DNA from: an uncultured Clostridiaceae bacterium
GTDB lineage: Bacteria; Bacillota; Clostridia; TANB77; CAG-508
DNA: 61,130 bases
Assembly: GCA_946493085.1 (NCBI GenBank)
Contig: CAMMAC010000006.1
Coordinates: 1-61,130 of the forward strand
Reading direction: 5' to 3'
This document shows, piece by piece, positions 52,201 to 60,995 of this stretch (the first letter of the stretch is position 1; the number at the start of each line of letters is the position of its first letter). Both the position numbers and the translations under genes were made by a program. The notes under the pieces were generated by a model. The model did no database searches. It was not told the DNA's origin and saw nothing but the letters and a program-made list of their open reading frames with translations.

Positions 52201-53685
52201 GATATTCCATTTGAGACCTTCTTAGGATTTAATGGAGATAAAGAGCCAGATATTGACTTAAACTTCTCAGGAGAGTATCAAGCAAAAGCACACCGCTATA
52301 CAGAGGTTATTTTCGGAAAAGGTACTACTTTTAAAGCAGGAACCGTTGGTACGGTAGCAGATAAAACAGCTTTTGGTTATGTGAAAAAATATTATGAAGA
52401 AAGAGGTATTCCAGTCAATAATGCAGAAGTGCTACGTGTGGCACAAGGCTGTACAGGAATTAAAAGAACAACAGGTCAGCACCCGGGAGGAATTATTGTT
52501 GTGCCAAAGGGAAGAGAAATTTATGAATTTACGCCAGTACAACATCCTGCGGATGACCCAAATTCAGATATTATTACTACCCATTTTGATTACCACTCCA
52601 TTGACCAAAACTTATTAAAATTAGATATTCTAGGACACGATGATCCTACCATGATTCGTATGCTATATGATTTAACTGGAATTGACCCAACAAAAGTGCC
52701 TTTGGATGATAAAGAAACCATGTCCATTTTTAGTTCTACAAAGGCATTGGGAGTAACACCAGAGCAAATAAAAACAGAAGTAGGAAGTTATGGAATACCA
52801 GAGTTTGGAACAAAATTTGTAAGAGGCATGCTTGTAGATACCAAACCAACTACATTTGACGAGTTAATTCGTATTTCTGGTCTATCCCATGGTACAGATG
52901 TATGGCTTGGAAATGCGCAAAGTTTAATTGAAGAGGGAACGGTTACCTTAAATGAGGCAATCGGTTGCCGTGACGATATTATGATTTACTTAATTAAAAA
53001 AGGTTTGCCACCAAACCCTGCTTTCAAAATCATGGAGACAGTGCGTAAAGGAAAAGCATTAAAAGACCCTGCTAAATGGGCAGAATATGTGTCACTTATG
53101 AAAGAACATGATGTGCCAGATTGGTATATTAAATCTTGTGAAAAAATAAAATACATGTTCCCAAAAGCACACGCCGCAGCTTATGTAACTAATGCCTTTC
53201 GTATTGCGTGGTTTAAGGTACATCAGCCTAAAGCTTATTATACCGCTTACTTTACCATTAGAGCAGATGAGTTTGATAGTGATATTATGTGCCATGGAGA
53301 AGAACGTGTAAAAAATAAAATGAAGGAAATCGACTTACTAGGCAATAGTGCCACAGCTAAAGATAAGAATATGTATGCTATCTTGGAATTGGTTATGGAA
53401 ATGTATGAAAGAGGTATTAACTTCTTGCCAATTGACCTATATGAATCTCATGCAACCAAATTTAAAATGGAAGAGGATGGCATTAGACCACCATTAAATA
53501 GTATACCAGGACTAGGAACTGTGGCAGCAGAGGGAATAGATGAAGCGAAGAAAGAAGGCAAATTCATGTCTATTGATGATATGAAAATACGTTCTAAAAT
53601 AGGAAAATCTGTTGTAGAATTGCTAGATAAAGTAGGTTGCTTAAAAGGGATGAGTCAAAGTAACCAAATGAGTTTGTTTGGATAA
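49258..53685 (+). CDS. polC: DNA polymerase III PolC
   Basis: PHP ELHMHT, exonuclease DLETTG, GSRGSVGSS, PDIDLNF, KYMFPKAH. Confidence 0.98.
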   Translation: MSETTKKTLKEIFKDYNSNSFVLNNATIQSINLYKKTNTLELILLSDKIIPVKDIAGFEKYLETRFAITTVEIKVEVQEEQEMPEEQNSCESAGGVGYIEKMISDQWLDIIAYMAQKHPMTRAFLQGSTIAIDGKSVNVFLSLKGKEFLTAKKFDAILQKVLRDIFGKTYQVSYIENISDEILQKRQEEQQRMQEEMILQVEKETMEAVAEKHKEKLEKKALVKETSVPAEPIAAEPKVEEAEEVTPLILGRNPNIKENLVKVADLSVDSGKIALEGEVIHTDSRELKNGKHLLMFDVYDGSSTITCKAFVEADKAKTVMGRIQGAKGIKLSGTAQFDPFAKELGVIANVILETAGRKKEARMDNSKVKRVELHMHTQMSQMDAVTPVKDLIKRAMKWGMKSIAITDHGVVQAFPDAHKMLGFDNPDMKVIYGVEAYLVPDQTSIVSTPRGQDLHTTYCVLDLETTGLSFRTEKITEVGIMKVKDGEVIDEFECFVNPEKPIPQKVVEVTNITDDMVKDAETIDKVMPKILEFVGDSVLVAHNADFDIGFLKYNAKQLGLSLENTYIDTLRLAKSLFPEYKKYKLGMIAENLGITVEVAHRALDDVDTTVKVFRKMLEMLEEKGVKTIDDIDKIEQGKADYKKLPSYHAIILAKDYVGLKNLYKLVSISHLHYFYKKPRILKSIYKKYSEGLILGSACEAGELYRAIVAGKDDEEIEEIAKDYDYLEIQPNGNNMFMVRNGTVPDVKALEDINKKIVALGEKLGKLVVATCDVHFMDPQDEIYRRILMAGQGFDDADEQAPLYLRTTEEMLKEFEYLGEEKAYEVVVENTNKIADMCERISPISPEKCPPHIDHCEETIKEIAYSKAHELYGEPLPEIVQSRLDKELESIIKNGFSVMYIIAQKLVWKSNEDGYIVGSRGSVGSSFVANMTGITEVNSLPPHYRCPNCKYSDFTDYGYQCGFDLPDKDCPKCGHKMVKDGIDIPFETFLGFNGDKEPDIDLNFSGEYQAKAHRYTEVIFGKGTTFKAGTVGTVADKTAFGYVKKYYEERGIPVNNAEVLRVAQGCTGIKRTTGQHPGGIIVVPKGREIYEFTPVQHPADDPNSDIITTHFDYHSIDQNLLKLDILGHDDPTMIRMLYDLTGIDPTKVPLDDKETMSIFSSTKALGVTPEQIKTEVGSYGIPEFGTKFVRGMLVDTKPTTFDELIRISGLSHGTDVWLGNAQSLIEEGTVTLNEAIGCRDDIMIYLIKKGLPPNPAFKIMETVRKGKALKDPAKWAEYVSLMKEHDVPDWYIKSCEKIKYMFPKAHAAAYVTNAFRIAWFKVHQPKAYYTAYFTIRADEFDSDIMCHGEERVKNKMKEIDLLGNSATAKDKNMYAILELVMEMYERGINFLPIDLYESHATKFKMEEDGIRPPLNSIPGLGTVAAEGIDEAKKEGKFMSIDDMKIRSKIGKSVVELLDKVGCLKGMSQSNQMSLFG

Positions 53686-53722
53686 AAAGACAATTAAAGA
53701 GAGAAAATCAAAACAAATAATT

Positions 53723-53768
53723 TAGCATAAAATAAAGGCCATTGGATAATGACCTTTATTTTATGCTA
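53723..53768. terminator. bidirectional terminator after polC
   Basis: tagcataaaataaagg / cctttattttatgcta inverted repeat. Confidence 0.75.
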
Positions 53769-53859
53769 CTTTTATTCCTGTATCAATTACTTCTTGTATA
53801 AAAGGAGTTTCAGCGTTTTTGTAATCTTCAATTCGAATTAAATGTGGCTCAATTTCAAT
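53761..53859 (-). pseudogene. C-terminal remnant of an MNT-type nucleotidyltransferase gene
   Basis: IEIEPHLIRIEDYKNAETPFIQEVIDTGIKVA*; no start codon; a TGnTATAAT -10 lies directly upstream. Confidence 0.55.
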
Positions 53860-54032
53860 ATAGTATTATTATAACATGAAAGTTAAAATTTTACTACATT
53901 TTATGAATAATATTTCTATAAAATTTACTATCATTGTATTGAAAGTTATTTCTATTTTTTGTATAATTTTTTGAAAGAAAATAAAGTTTTATCAAATACA
54001 TAGTTATTATCATAAACAAAAAGGAGAAGAAG

Positions 54033-54344
54033 ATGTTAGAAAATACTGTACTATTAGGACAAATATTTACTTGGCAAAATATAATCTATTATTTGCTTGC
54101 GATAAACGTAATCACATTTTTAGCGATGTGGATAGATAAAAGAAAAGCCAAAAAAGGAAGCTGGAGAATTAGTGAAAAAGCATTATTTACCATTGTATTA
54201 TTAGGTGGTGGAGTAGGAGGCATTTTAGGAATGTATGTCTTTCGCCACAAAACACAAAAACCAAGATTTGTAGTAGGTTTTCCTTTTATATTGCTATTTG
54301 AAATAGCTGCTGGAATCTTTTTATATTTTCAATTTTGGCACTAA
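54033..54344 (+). CDS. DUF1294 family membrane protein
   Basis: DKRKAKKGSWRISEKAL..GG..GMYVFRHKT.K. Confidence 0.9.
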   Translation: MLENTVLLGQIFTWQNIIYYLLAINVITFLAMWIDKRKAKKGSWRISEKALFTIVLLGGGVGGILGMYVFRHKTQKPRFVVGFPFILLFEIAAGIFLYFQFWH

Positions 54345-54487
54345 ATACAATCATAAGCATAAATCCAGAAAAGAAAACATACAATGAAGTAACCTATAAC
54401 AAAATTTTAAGAAAATCTTAAGAAAAAATTGACGAATTTTGAAAGCTATGGTATTATGAAGAAAAAGAAAAAGGGGAGGGAAAAAAG

Positions 54488-54904
54488 ATGTCATCAGCTT
54501 ATTTAAGAAGTTCTAGTAGCCTTGTAGAAGGTTCTGTATGGCTAATTATATCTTTAGTATTAGCTATTGTAGGAGGTATTTTAGTATATTTTCTATTCTT
54601 AAGTAAAAAGAATGAAGGTAAATTTACAGGATTTTTAGGATGGCTATATGATTTTCTATCATTCAAAAAAATGTTTTTAGAAGCATTACTAAAAATTACT
54701 TATTTGATAGTAGCTATTTATATTACCTTATCATCATTTGCAATAATAGGAACTAGCTTCTTAGGTTTCTTAGGAACATTAGTAATTGGAAACCTAATTG
54801 CAAGAGTTGTTTATGAATTTTCATTAATCTTATTAGTTATTTGCAGAAACACTACAGAAATTGCTAGAAATACGAAAAAATCTTCTAATGAAGAAAACAA
54901 ATAA
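54488..54904 (+). CDS. hypothetical membrane protein
   Basis: Three TMs, DFLSFKKM, strong RBS and terminator. Confidence 0.75.
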   Translation: MSSAYLRSSSSLVEGSVWLIISLVLAIVGGILVYFLFLSKKNEGKFTGFLGWLYDFLSFKKMFLEALLKITYLIVAIYITLSSFAIIGTSFLGFLGTLVIGNLIARVVYEFSLILLVICRNTTEIARNTKKSSNEENK

Positions 54905-55021
54905 GAAAAAGAAAAATACCAGAATTTTATTTCTGGTGTTTTTTTTGGCAGATGTTCACATGAAAAAAGTAAAAAAAGTATACTTTTTAAAAAAGAAATG
55001 GTATAATCATATAGCAAGTAA

Positions 55022-55108
55022 TTAGCGCAAAAAATAGATGCTTGGATAGAAGATGAGGAAGAAAGAAAGCGTATGCAAAAGGTGTACGCACAAAGTGCAG
55101 AGAAATAA
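55022..55108 (+). pseudogene. probable C-terminal remnant of a GT4 glycosyltransferase
   Basis: LAQKIDAWIEDEEERKRMQKVYAQSAEK*; no start codon. Confidence 0.4.
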
Positions 55109-55258
55109 GTTAGTATCCCCAACAGGTATGTGGGGATGGAGCAATACGATTAAGAGACATTATTAAAGAAAAAATGGAAGATGTTTTGAAAGACGAGGCA
55201 GAGACAAGAAAAGAAGAGGATATACTTATGGAAATATTAGAAGAAGGAGAAGAAAAAG

Positions 55259-55789
55259 ATGAAGGAAGAGTTTATTAGATTATTGCAAGAAATACCAAGA
55301 GAAGGAATGGACAAGCTGATTGAATTTTTAAAAGCCTCCGATTTTTTTGAGGCACCAGCTAGCACTAGATTTCATGGAGCATTTCGAGGTGGACTGTTAG
55401 CCCATAGTATGAAAGTATATGAAATTTTAAAAACGAAAACACCAGATTCAGATTCTGTTAGAATTATTGCCTTATTACATGATATATGCAAAGCAAATTA
55501 TTATAAAACAGATTATCGTAATGCTAAAAATGAATTAGGAGTATGGGAAAAAGTACCTTATTATACGGTAGATGATACGATTCCTTATGGACATGGAGAA
55601 AAATCTGTTATGATGTTATCCGAATTTATTAAATTAACTAACGAGGAAAAGTATGCTATTCGTTGGCACATGGGATTTACAGAGCCAAAAGAATTATATG
55701 GTACAATAGGGCTTGCTTATAAAAAATATCCTATTGCTTTATTAACACATGAAGCAGATTTAGAAGCTAGTTATTTTTATGATATATAA
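55259..55789 (+). CDS. HD domain hydrolase
   Basis: APASTRFH..GGLLAHS, LLHDICK, GHGEKSV, AIRWHMG, HEAD. Confidence 0.9.
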   Translation: MKEEFIRLLQEIPREGMDKLIEFLKASDFFEAPASTRFHGAFRGGLLAHSMKVYEILKTKTPDSDSVRIIALLHDICKANYYKTDYRNAKNELGVWEKVPYYTVDDTIPYGHGEKSVMMLSEFIKLTNEEKYAIRWHMGFTEPKELYGTIGLAYKKYPIALLTHEADLEASYFYDI

Positions 55790-55906
55790 TAAACGGAAAA
55801 TGAAGGAAAAAAGAATAAATTTAGAAAGAAAAAGGAAAAATGATATAAGATAGCAAGGCAAAAAGAAAGGGCGTGTTTCGAAACTGTAGAAGGAGGAGGA
55901 AAGAAA

Positions 55907-56570
55907 ATGAAAAAAGTAAAAGATCCAGTCAGTCGGTTATTCTCATCTAATAGGCGTTATTTTAGCCATAGCAGGATTAGTTCTTTTAATTGTGTATTCT
56001 GCTCTTTATGGAGAAGGAGCATGGGATGTAGTGTCTTTTACCATTTTTGGAGTAGCGCTAGTGCTATTGTATCTTTTTAGCACACTATATCATTTGTTAA
56101 ATTTGGGAGAAAAAGGAACAACAGTGTTTCGTAAATTCGACCATATGATGATATATGTATTAATAGCAGCTACTTATACTCCCATTTGTCTAGGGCCTTT
56201 AAGAGGTCCATGGGGATGGAGCATCTTTGGAGTAGTATGGGGCCTAGCAGTTTTGGGAATTATTTTAACAGCGGTATGGATAAAAGCACCAAGATGGCTT
56301 ACAACGAGTATCTATGTAGGAATGGGATGGCTAGTAGTGATTATGGCATATCCATTACTAAAAACTTTTTATGAATTAAATGCACTTCCATCCCTTTTGT
56401 GGTTATTAGCAGGAGGCATTTTCTATACCATAGGAGGCGTGATTTATGGATTAAAAAAAGCACCTTTTACCACAAAACATTTTGGATTTCATGAAATATT
56501 TCATATTTTTGTTATGTTAGGAAGCTTTTGTCAATTTTGGTTTATTTTTCATTATTTATTATATATATAA
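55907..56570 (+). CDS. hemolysin III / PAQR family membrane protein; needs +1 shift at CGG 55934-55936
   Basis: GGAGG RBS, MKKVKDPVS, one extra C, then GYSHLIG..STLYH..DHMMIYVLIAATYTP..FHEIFHIFV; 220 aa when joined. Confidence 0.9.
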
Positions 56571-56572
56571 TT

Positions 56573-56601
56573 TGTAATTTAGGGACGTTCTTTAAATGGC
56601 A
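56573..56601. repeat. 29 bp REP-like palindrome (family 1, diverged)
   Basis: tgtaatttagggacgttctttaaatggca. Confidence 0.65.
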
Positions 56602-56644
56602 AAAAAAGAATATTGTTGAAAATGACAATATTCTTTTTTTATTT

Positions 56645-57871
56645 TTATTTCTTAACTTCCCCATAATAATTCTTCACTCTTACAGATTTTCTAAAATAAC
56701 TAATCCAGATAATTGCGTATAATACATTGCGAATGATAAGTATCATTTCTTGTGTGTAGTAAGCAGTACTGTAAACATAAGAAGAATCAAAGAAAGAGTA
56801 AACAATTCGCAATAAACATAGTGCAATAGTGATTATAGCAAGAAAACTTAAATTACGAATAACTTTTTTAGGTGTTTCTTCTTTTCTTTTCCATAATAGT
56901 ATCGCATTGTAAATAAGAATGCCTAGAATGATAACATCTTGTAATACAAAAGTTACAAGAAAGATAGTACTAACAGAAGAAATGGCGATTACTGTTATAA
57001 AATCAAATAAAATTAGTACAGCGTTTAAAATAAGTAAAACGAAATATAATAGTAAAAATCCACCAAAATGATTGTATTTTTCATTATATTCTACAGGAAT
57101 ATCCTTATCTTTTTTCTTTTTCATTATCATAAAGAAAAAGAATACTAAAATAGCGATAAAGATAAGAATGAAAACAAGCCCTACGATAAAAGAAAGGGTA
57201 GTATCTCTTTCTTGGTAAGAAAAGGCATCTATCACAGAATGCATTTCCTCGTCAGAAGCAGAAGATAAATACTGCAAAGTAAACATATTAGCATTACCAT
57301 TTACAATACTGCAGTAATAAGCTAGTTGCATAGGGGTTTCATTTACAGTGGCAGAGAATATTAAGTAAAGATATATGTCTCCAGAAGCTGAAGTGTAAGT
57401 ACCTTCCGATAAAAAAGTCATATCCTCAAAAGAAGAAGAAGCATTTTCTTTTAAAGTACTAATAAATGTGCTAGAAAATTCTTCTAAAGCTTCACTAGAA
57501 AGCGTTTTCAAATTATAAACTTGTTGTATAGTACTGTTAGTAGATTGAGCTATCACAATTTCCTGAGATAAACTTTCTGCGTCCAAAGAATTTACAGCAT
57601 CATAAATAATGTTATTCTCTTCAAAATATGTAAGGTAATTCTCTTTTTGTGTTAAATAAGTAGCAAATTGTTCATCATCATTTTGAATACCAGATACTAA
57701 ATCATAGTAATCATTTTTTAAAGAAAAATAAATGTCTGAATTTCCAATTTGCAAATTAGTATTGTCATTTGCGTTATCGTCTGTAGCGGAAACAAAACAA
57801 GTAGATAAAAATACAAATAAAGTTACGAATAATAAGATAACAATACGGCGTAAAAATACATTTTTTTTCAT
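56645..57871 (-). CDS. membrane protein with extracellular N-domain and DUF2569-like C-terminal TM domain
   Basis: Signal peptide, FGGFLLLY.. and ..WISYFRKSVRVK. Confidence 0.65.
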   Translation of the reverse strand: MKKNVFLRRIVILLFVTLFVFLSTCFVSATDDNANDNTNLQIGNSDIYFSLKNDYYDLVSGIQNDDEQFATYLTQKENYLTYFEENNIIYDAVNSLDAESLSQEIVIAQSTNSTIQQVYNLKTLSSEALEEFSSTFISTLKENASSSFEDMTFLSEGTYTSASGDIYLYLIFSATVNETPMQLAYYCSIVNGNANMFTLQYLSSASDEEMHSVIDAFSYQERDTTLSFIVGLVFILIFIAILVFFFFMIMKKKKDKDIPVEYNEKYNHFGGFLLLYFVLLILNAVLILFDFITVIAISSVSTIFLVTFVLQDVIILGILIYNAILLWKRKEETPKKVIRNLSFLAIITIALCLLRIVYSFFDSSYVYSTAYYTQEMILIIRNVLYAIIWISYFRKSVRVKNYYGEVKK

Positions 57872-57943
57872 AAATATACATCCATCCTTTCCTTTTATTT
57901 AGAATATCAACATTATAACATAGAGAACATTGTTCTTCAAGCC

Positions 57944-58005
57944 TGTCCATTTAGGCCCTGCCTTTTTTGTGGCATGTCCCAAAAATATCAGGGTTAAGTG
58001 GGACA
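57944..58005. repeat. inverted doublet of a ~31 bp REP-like element (family 2)
   Basis: tgtcccaaaaatatcagggttaagtgggaca (57975-58005) preceded by a diverged inverted copy. Confidence 0.6.
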
Positions 58006-58137
58006 CCCCAAGTATTTTGCCCTAAGAAAGAGAGAAAAACTATTGACTTTTTAAGCCTTTTTCGTAGATAATAAAACTATACCAAAAGAAGCACATTATA
58101 TGAATTATCTAAGACAAACTAAAAAGGAGGAGACAGT

Positions 58138-58521
58138 ATGACAATTGCACAAGTAAGTGAAAAATATCAGTTAACGCAAGATACTATAAGGTACTATGAA
58201 AAAGTGGGATTAATCCCTAGGGTGCCAAGAAACAAAGCAGGAGTACGAGATTTTGATGAAGTTTCTTGTAGATGGATAGAATTTATTAAATGTATGAGAA
58301 GTGCAGGAATGCCAATTAACAAGTTGGTAGAGTACGTTACCCTATTTAAAGATGGTAGGGAATCCTTACAAGCGAGAAAAAATTTATTAATAGAGCAAAG
58401 AGAGAATTTACTAGAAAAACAGCAAGAAATTCAAAATACCTTGGAGAGATTGGAATATAAAATAAAACTATATGAAGAAATAGAGCAGGGAAAAAGAAAC
58501 GATTTTTTTGAAGAACCATAA
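58138..58521 (+). CDS. MerR family transcriptional regulator (AdhR-like)
   Basis: TIAQVS..TIRYYEKVGLIP..R..FIKCMRSAGM. Confidence 0.9.
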   Translation: MTIAQVSEKYQLTQDTIRYYEKVGLIPRVPRNKAGVRDFDEVSCRWIEFIKCMRSAGMPINKLVEYVTLFKDGRESLQARKNLLIEQRENLLEKQQEIQNTLERLEYKIKLYEEIEQGKRNDFFEEP

Positions 58522-58560
58522 AAGCATATAAAGCAACAGAAGCACTAATAGGAGGAATGC

Positions 58561-60499
58561 ATGAAAGATTTAGCAATTTATAAAGAAAAAGGAATAAGAT
58601 GGGAAGGTATTATAGAAAAAGTAAAAGAATTAGCGAAAAATAATATTATTTTTTTCTTAGGAATGTGTTTATTAGTATACAAAGGATTATTAATAAATTA
58701 TCTCCTAAATTTATCCATAGGAGTAGATGTAGTATGTTATACAGTGGCAGCAGCTTTATTGCTTATGGTACCTGTTATCAATCATAAAGATAAATTTGCT
58801 TATATCTATTTGAATAGCATTTATGCCATCGTGACACTCGTTTTATATGCGGATTTTCTTTATTATAGTTATTCTACCAATTTTCTGTCTTTTTACCAAA
58901 TAGAAAATGTAAAATATGCTAAAGAGATAGGAAATGGCTTATTATATGTTATAAATATAAAAAGTATACTTCTATTTTGGATAGACAACTTATGTGTTGC
59001 TATACTTAGTATATTGGCATATAAGAAATGGAAAAATTCCTATTCTGCCAATAAAATAGCGAAATCTATTGTCATTCTTATTATTGTACTTTTAAATGTA
59101 GGAATTGTAAAAGATAATATCAACTATATCTATCAAGACAAAGGCTACAATAAGTCTTTGATTGTACAAGATGCATCTATTTATTATTATCATTATGAAG
59201 ATGCCAAAGATTATCTTTCTAGTTTGTTTGTAAAAGAACCGATAGATGAAGAAAGACTGGCAAATGCCTATGAAGAAAATCAAAAGGAAAAAGAAACAAC
59301 AACGATTTATACAGGAGCTGTGCAGGATAGTAATGTCATTATTTTGCAACTAGAAAGTTTAAATGAATTTGTAATAGGAAAAACGGTAAATGGAAAAGAA
59401 ATTACACCTAATTTAAACCGATTTTTCAGCGAAAATATTTATTGTACAGACATGTATAACCAGGGCTTAGGAACGACAGCAGATTCTGAGTTTGAAATGG
59501 AAAATTCTATGTATCCATTAGAAAATGGGTACGTGTTTCAAAAATATTATGATAATACATGGAGTGATATTTATACTACATTAAGAAATGAGCGGATATT
59601 ATACCTCTTTTATGCATCCTAATACAAGTACATTCTGGAATAGAGATGAAGTGTATCATACAGGATATCATATTGATGAATACAATGATATTGATAGTTT
59701 CCCAGATATAGAAAAGGCAGGGGAATTTTATTCAGATGAAGGATTTTTAGAAGAAGCGGTTAACAAAATGAGTGCCTATGAAGGCAAATTCTGTACTACT
59801 TTAGTAAGTGTAACAACACATGTACCATTCTATTTAGATGGCGTATCTAATTTAGAAGAGAAATTAACGATTTCACAAGAAGACTTACAGACCTATGATG
59901 AGGAGTCATTTAGAAATTATTTGATTTGTTGTAATTTTACAGACTATGCTTTCGGAAAATTTATAGAAAAGCTAGAAGAAACAGGGTTAATAAATAATAG
60001 TATCTTAGTAGTGTATGGAGACCATGGAGCAGGATTTACCTGTACAGAAGAAATTAAAAAATTGTATAAAGAGAATGAAATGGAATATACAGATTTTGAC
60101 AATAGCATGAAAGAGGTACATGTACCTTTTGGCATAAAAATTCCAGAAACAGAAGATTCTGAAAATATAGCAAGAACCGTTTCTAAAATAGATATAAAAC
60201 CAACGATATTAGATTTATTGGGAATAGAAGATAATTTTTCTATAGGAAGTAGTATATTTTCACAAAAGGATTATTCCTTTATTAAAGGCTTAGGATTTGT
60301 TACCAGTACAAATTATTGCATTAATGAGACTTATTATGATAGAGAAACACTAGAAGAAATAGAAGAAACAGAGGAGTTACAAAAATTATTGCAAAAAATG
60401 GAAGAAGAAATTTATTTGTCAGATACGATAATAAAGAATGATTTGTTAGCAGAAGAAAATAGCAATTTATTTATAGAAGGGGAAATAGAAAATGAATGA
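58561..60499 (+). CDS. LTA synthase (LtaS) family sulfatase-fold protein; needs +1 shift at CGG 59593-59595
   Basis: Five TMs, NVIILQLES, ITPNLN, GTTADSEF, LRNE, one extra C, then GYYTSFMH..FWNR..H.PF..YGDH; 645 aa when joined. Confidence 0.9.
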
Positions 60500-60995
60500 A
60501 AAAGGGTTATTAGAATTTCCGGAATTTGATAATGTAACAAAATATTTAAAATCAGGGGAAAGAACGGGATGTTGCGATAGTAGTACATTATTTACCGCTT
60601 TAGCAAGAAGTAAAAACATTCCGGCTATGCAAATTATCACTTTAGGTAAAGATTGGGTAAAAAAACTAGATAGAGGAGAAGAAGCCAAAACAGAAAGCCA
60701 TTATTTTACAGCTTGTTATATTCGAAATGTAGCAGGTGATAGAGAATGGGTGTTAATAGATTCCGATAAGCCAGTATTAGATGCAAGAGATGTAAACTTG
60801 ACAAAACTAAAATTAGAGGATAGAAATTTGGATAGAAAATTTTATGCATTTGCTTATGTACGAGATTATTCAGATATAGAAGTAGATGGAACAAAAATAG
60901 ATTCCATTGAAAATATGAGAAAAATTTTGTATGAGGCATATTTAGAATGTGATAGAGAAGATTTTAAAAGTAAAGAACTGGGAAAAGAGAGATAG
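60492..60995 (+). CDS. transglutaminase-like domain protein
   Basis: GCCDSSTLFTALARSKNIPA, H.F, W..ID triad-like motifs. Confidence 0.65.
   Translation: MNEKGLLEFPEFDNVTKYLKSGERTGCCDSSTLFTALARSKNIPAMQIITLGKDWVKKLDRGEEAKTESHYFTACYIRNVAGDREWVLIDSDKPVLDARDVNLTKLKLEDRNLDRKFYAFAYVRDYSDIEVDGTKIDSIENMRKILYEAYLECDREDFKSKELGKER

Noticed and set aside
55907-56570. Virulence hemolysin
   Set aside because: The HlyIII/PAQR family is widespread and mainly linked to membrane homeostasis; nothing here supports a toxin role.
8264-60499. Six independent pseudogenes or homopolymer sequencing errors
   Set aside because: All six lesions are the same base in the same codon phase on both strands, outside homopolymers, and one is in trmD. 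Random decay or indel error would not respect reading frame. Not formally excluded without reads.
126-60939. Short antisense and overlapping ORFs in the six-frame track (e.g. 126-314, 18796-19203, 21945-22310, 49776-50096)
   Set aside because: Shadows of real genes or of the T-box leader, with no RBS or recognisable motifs.
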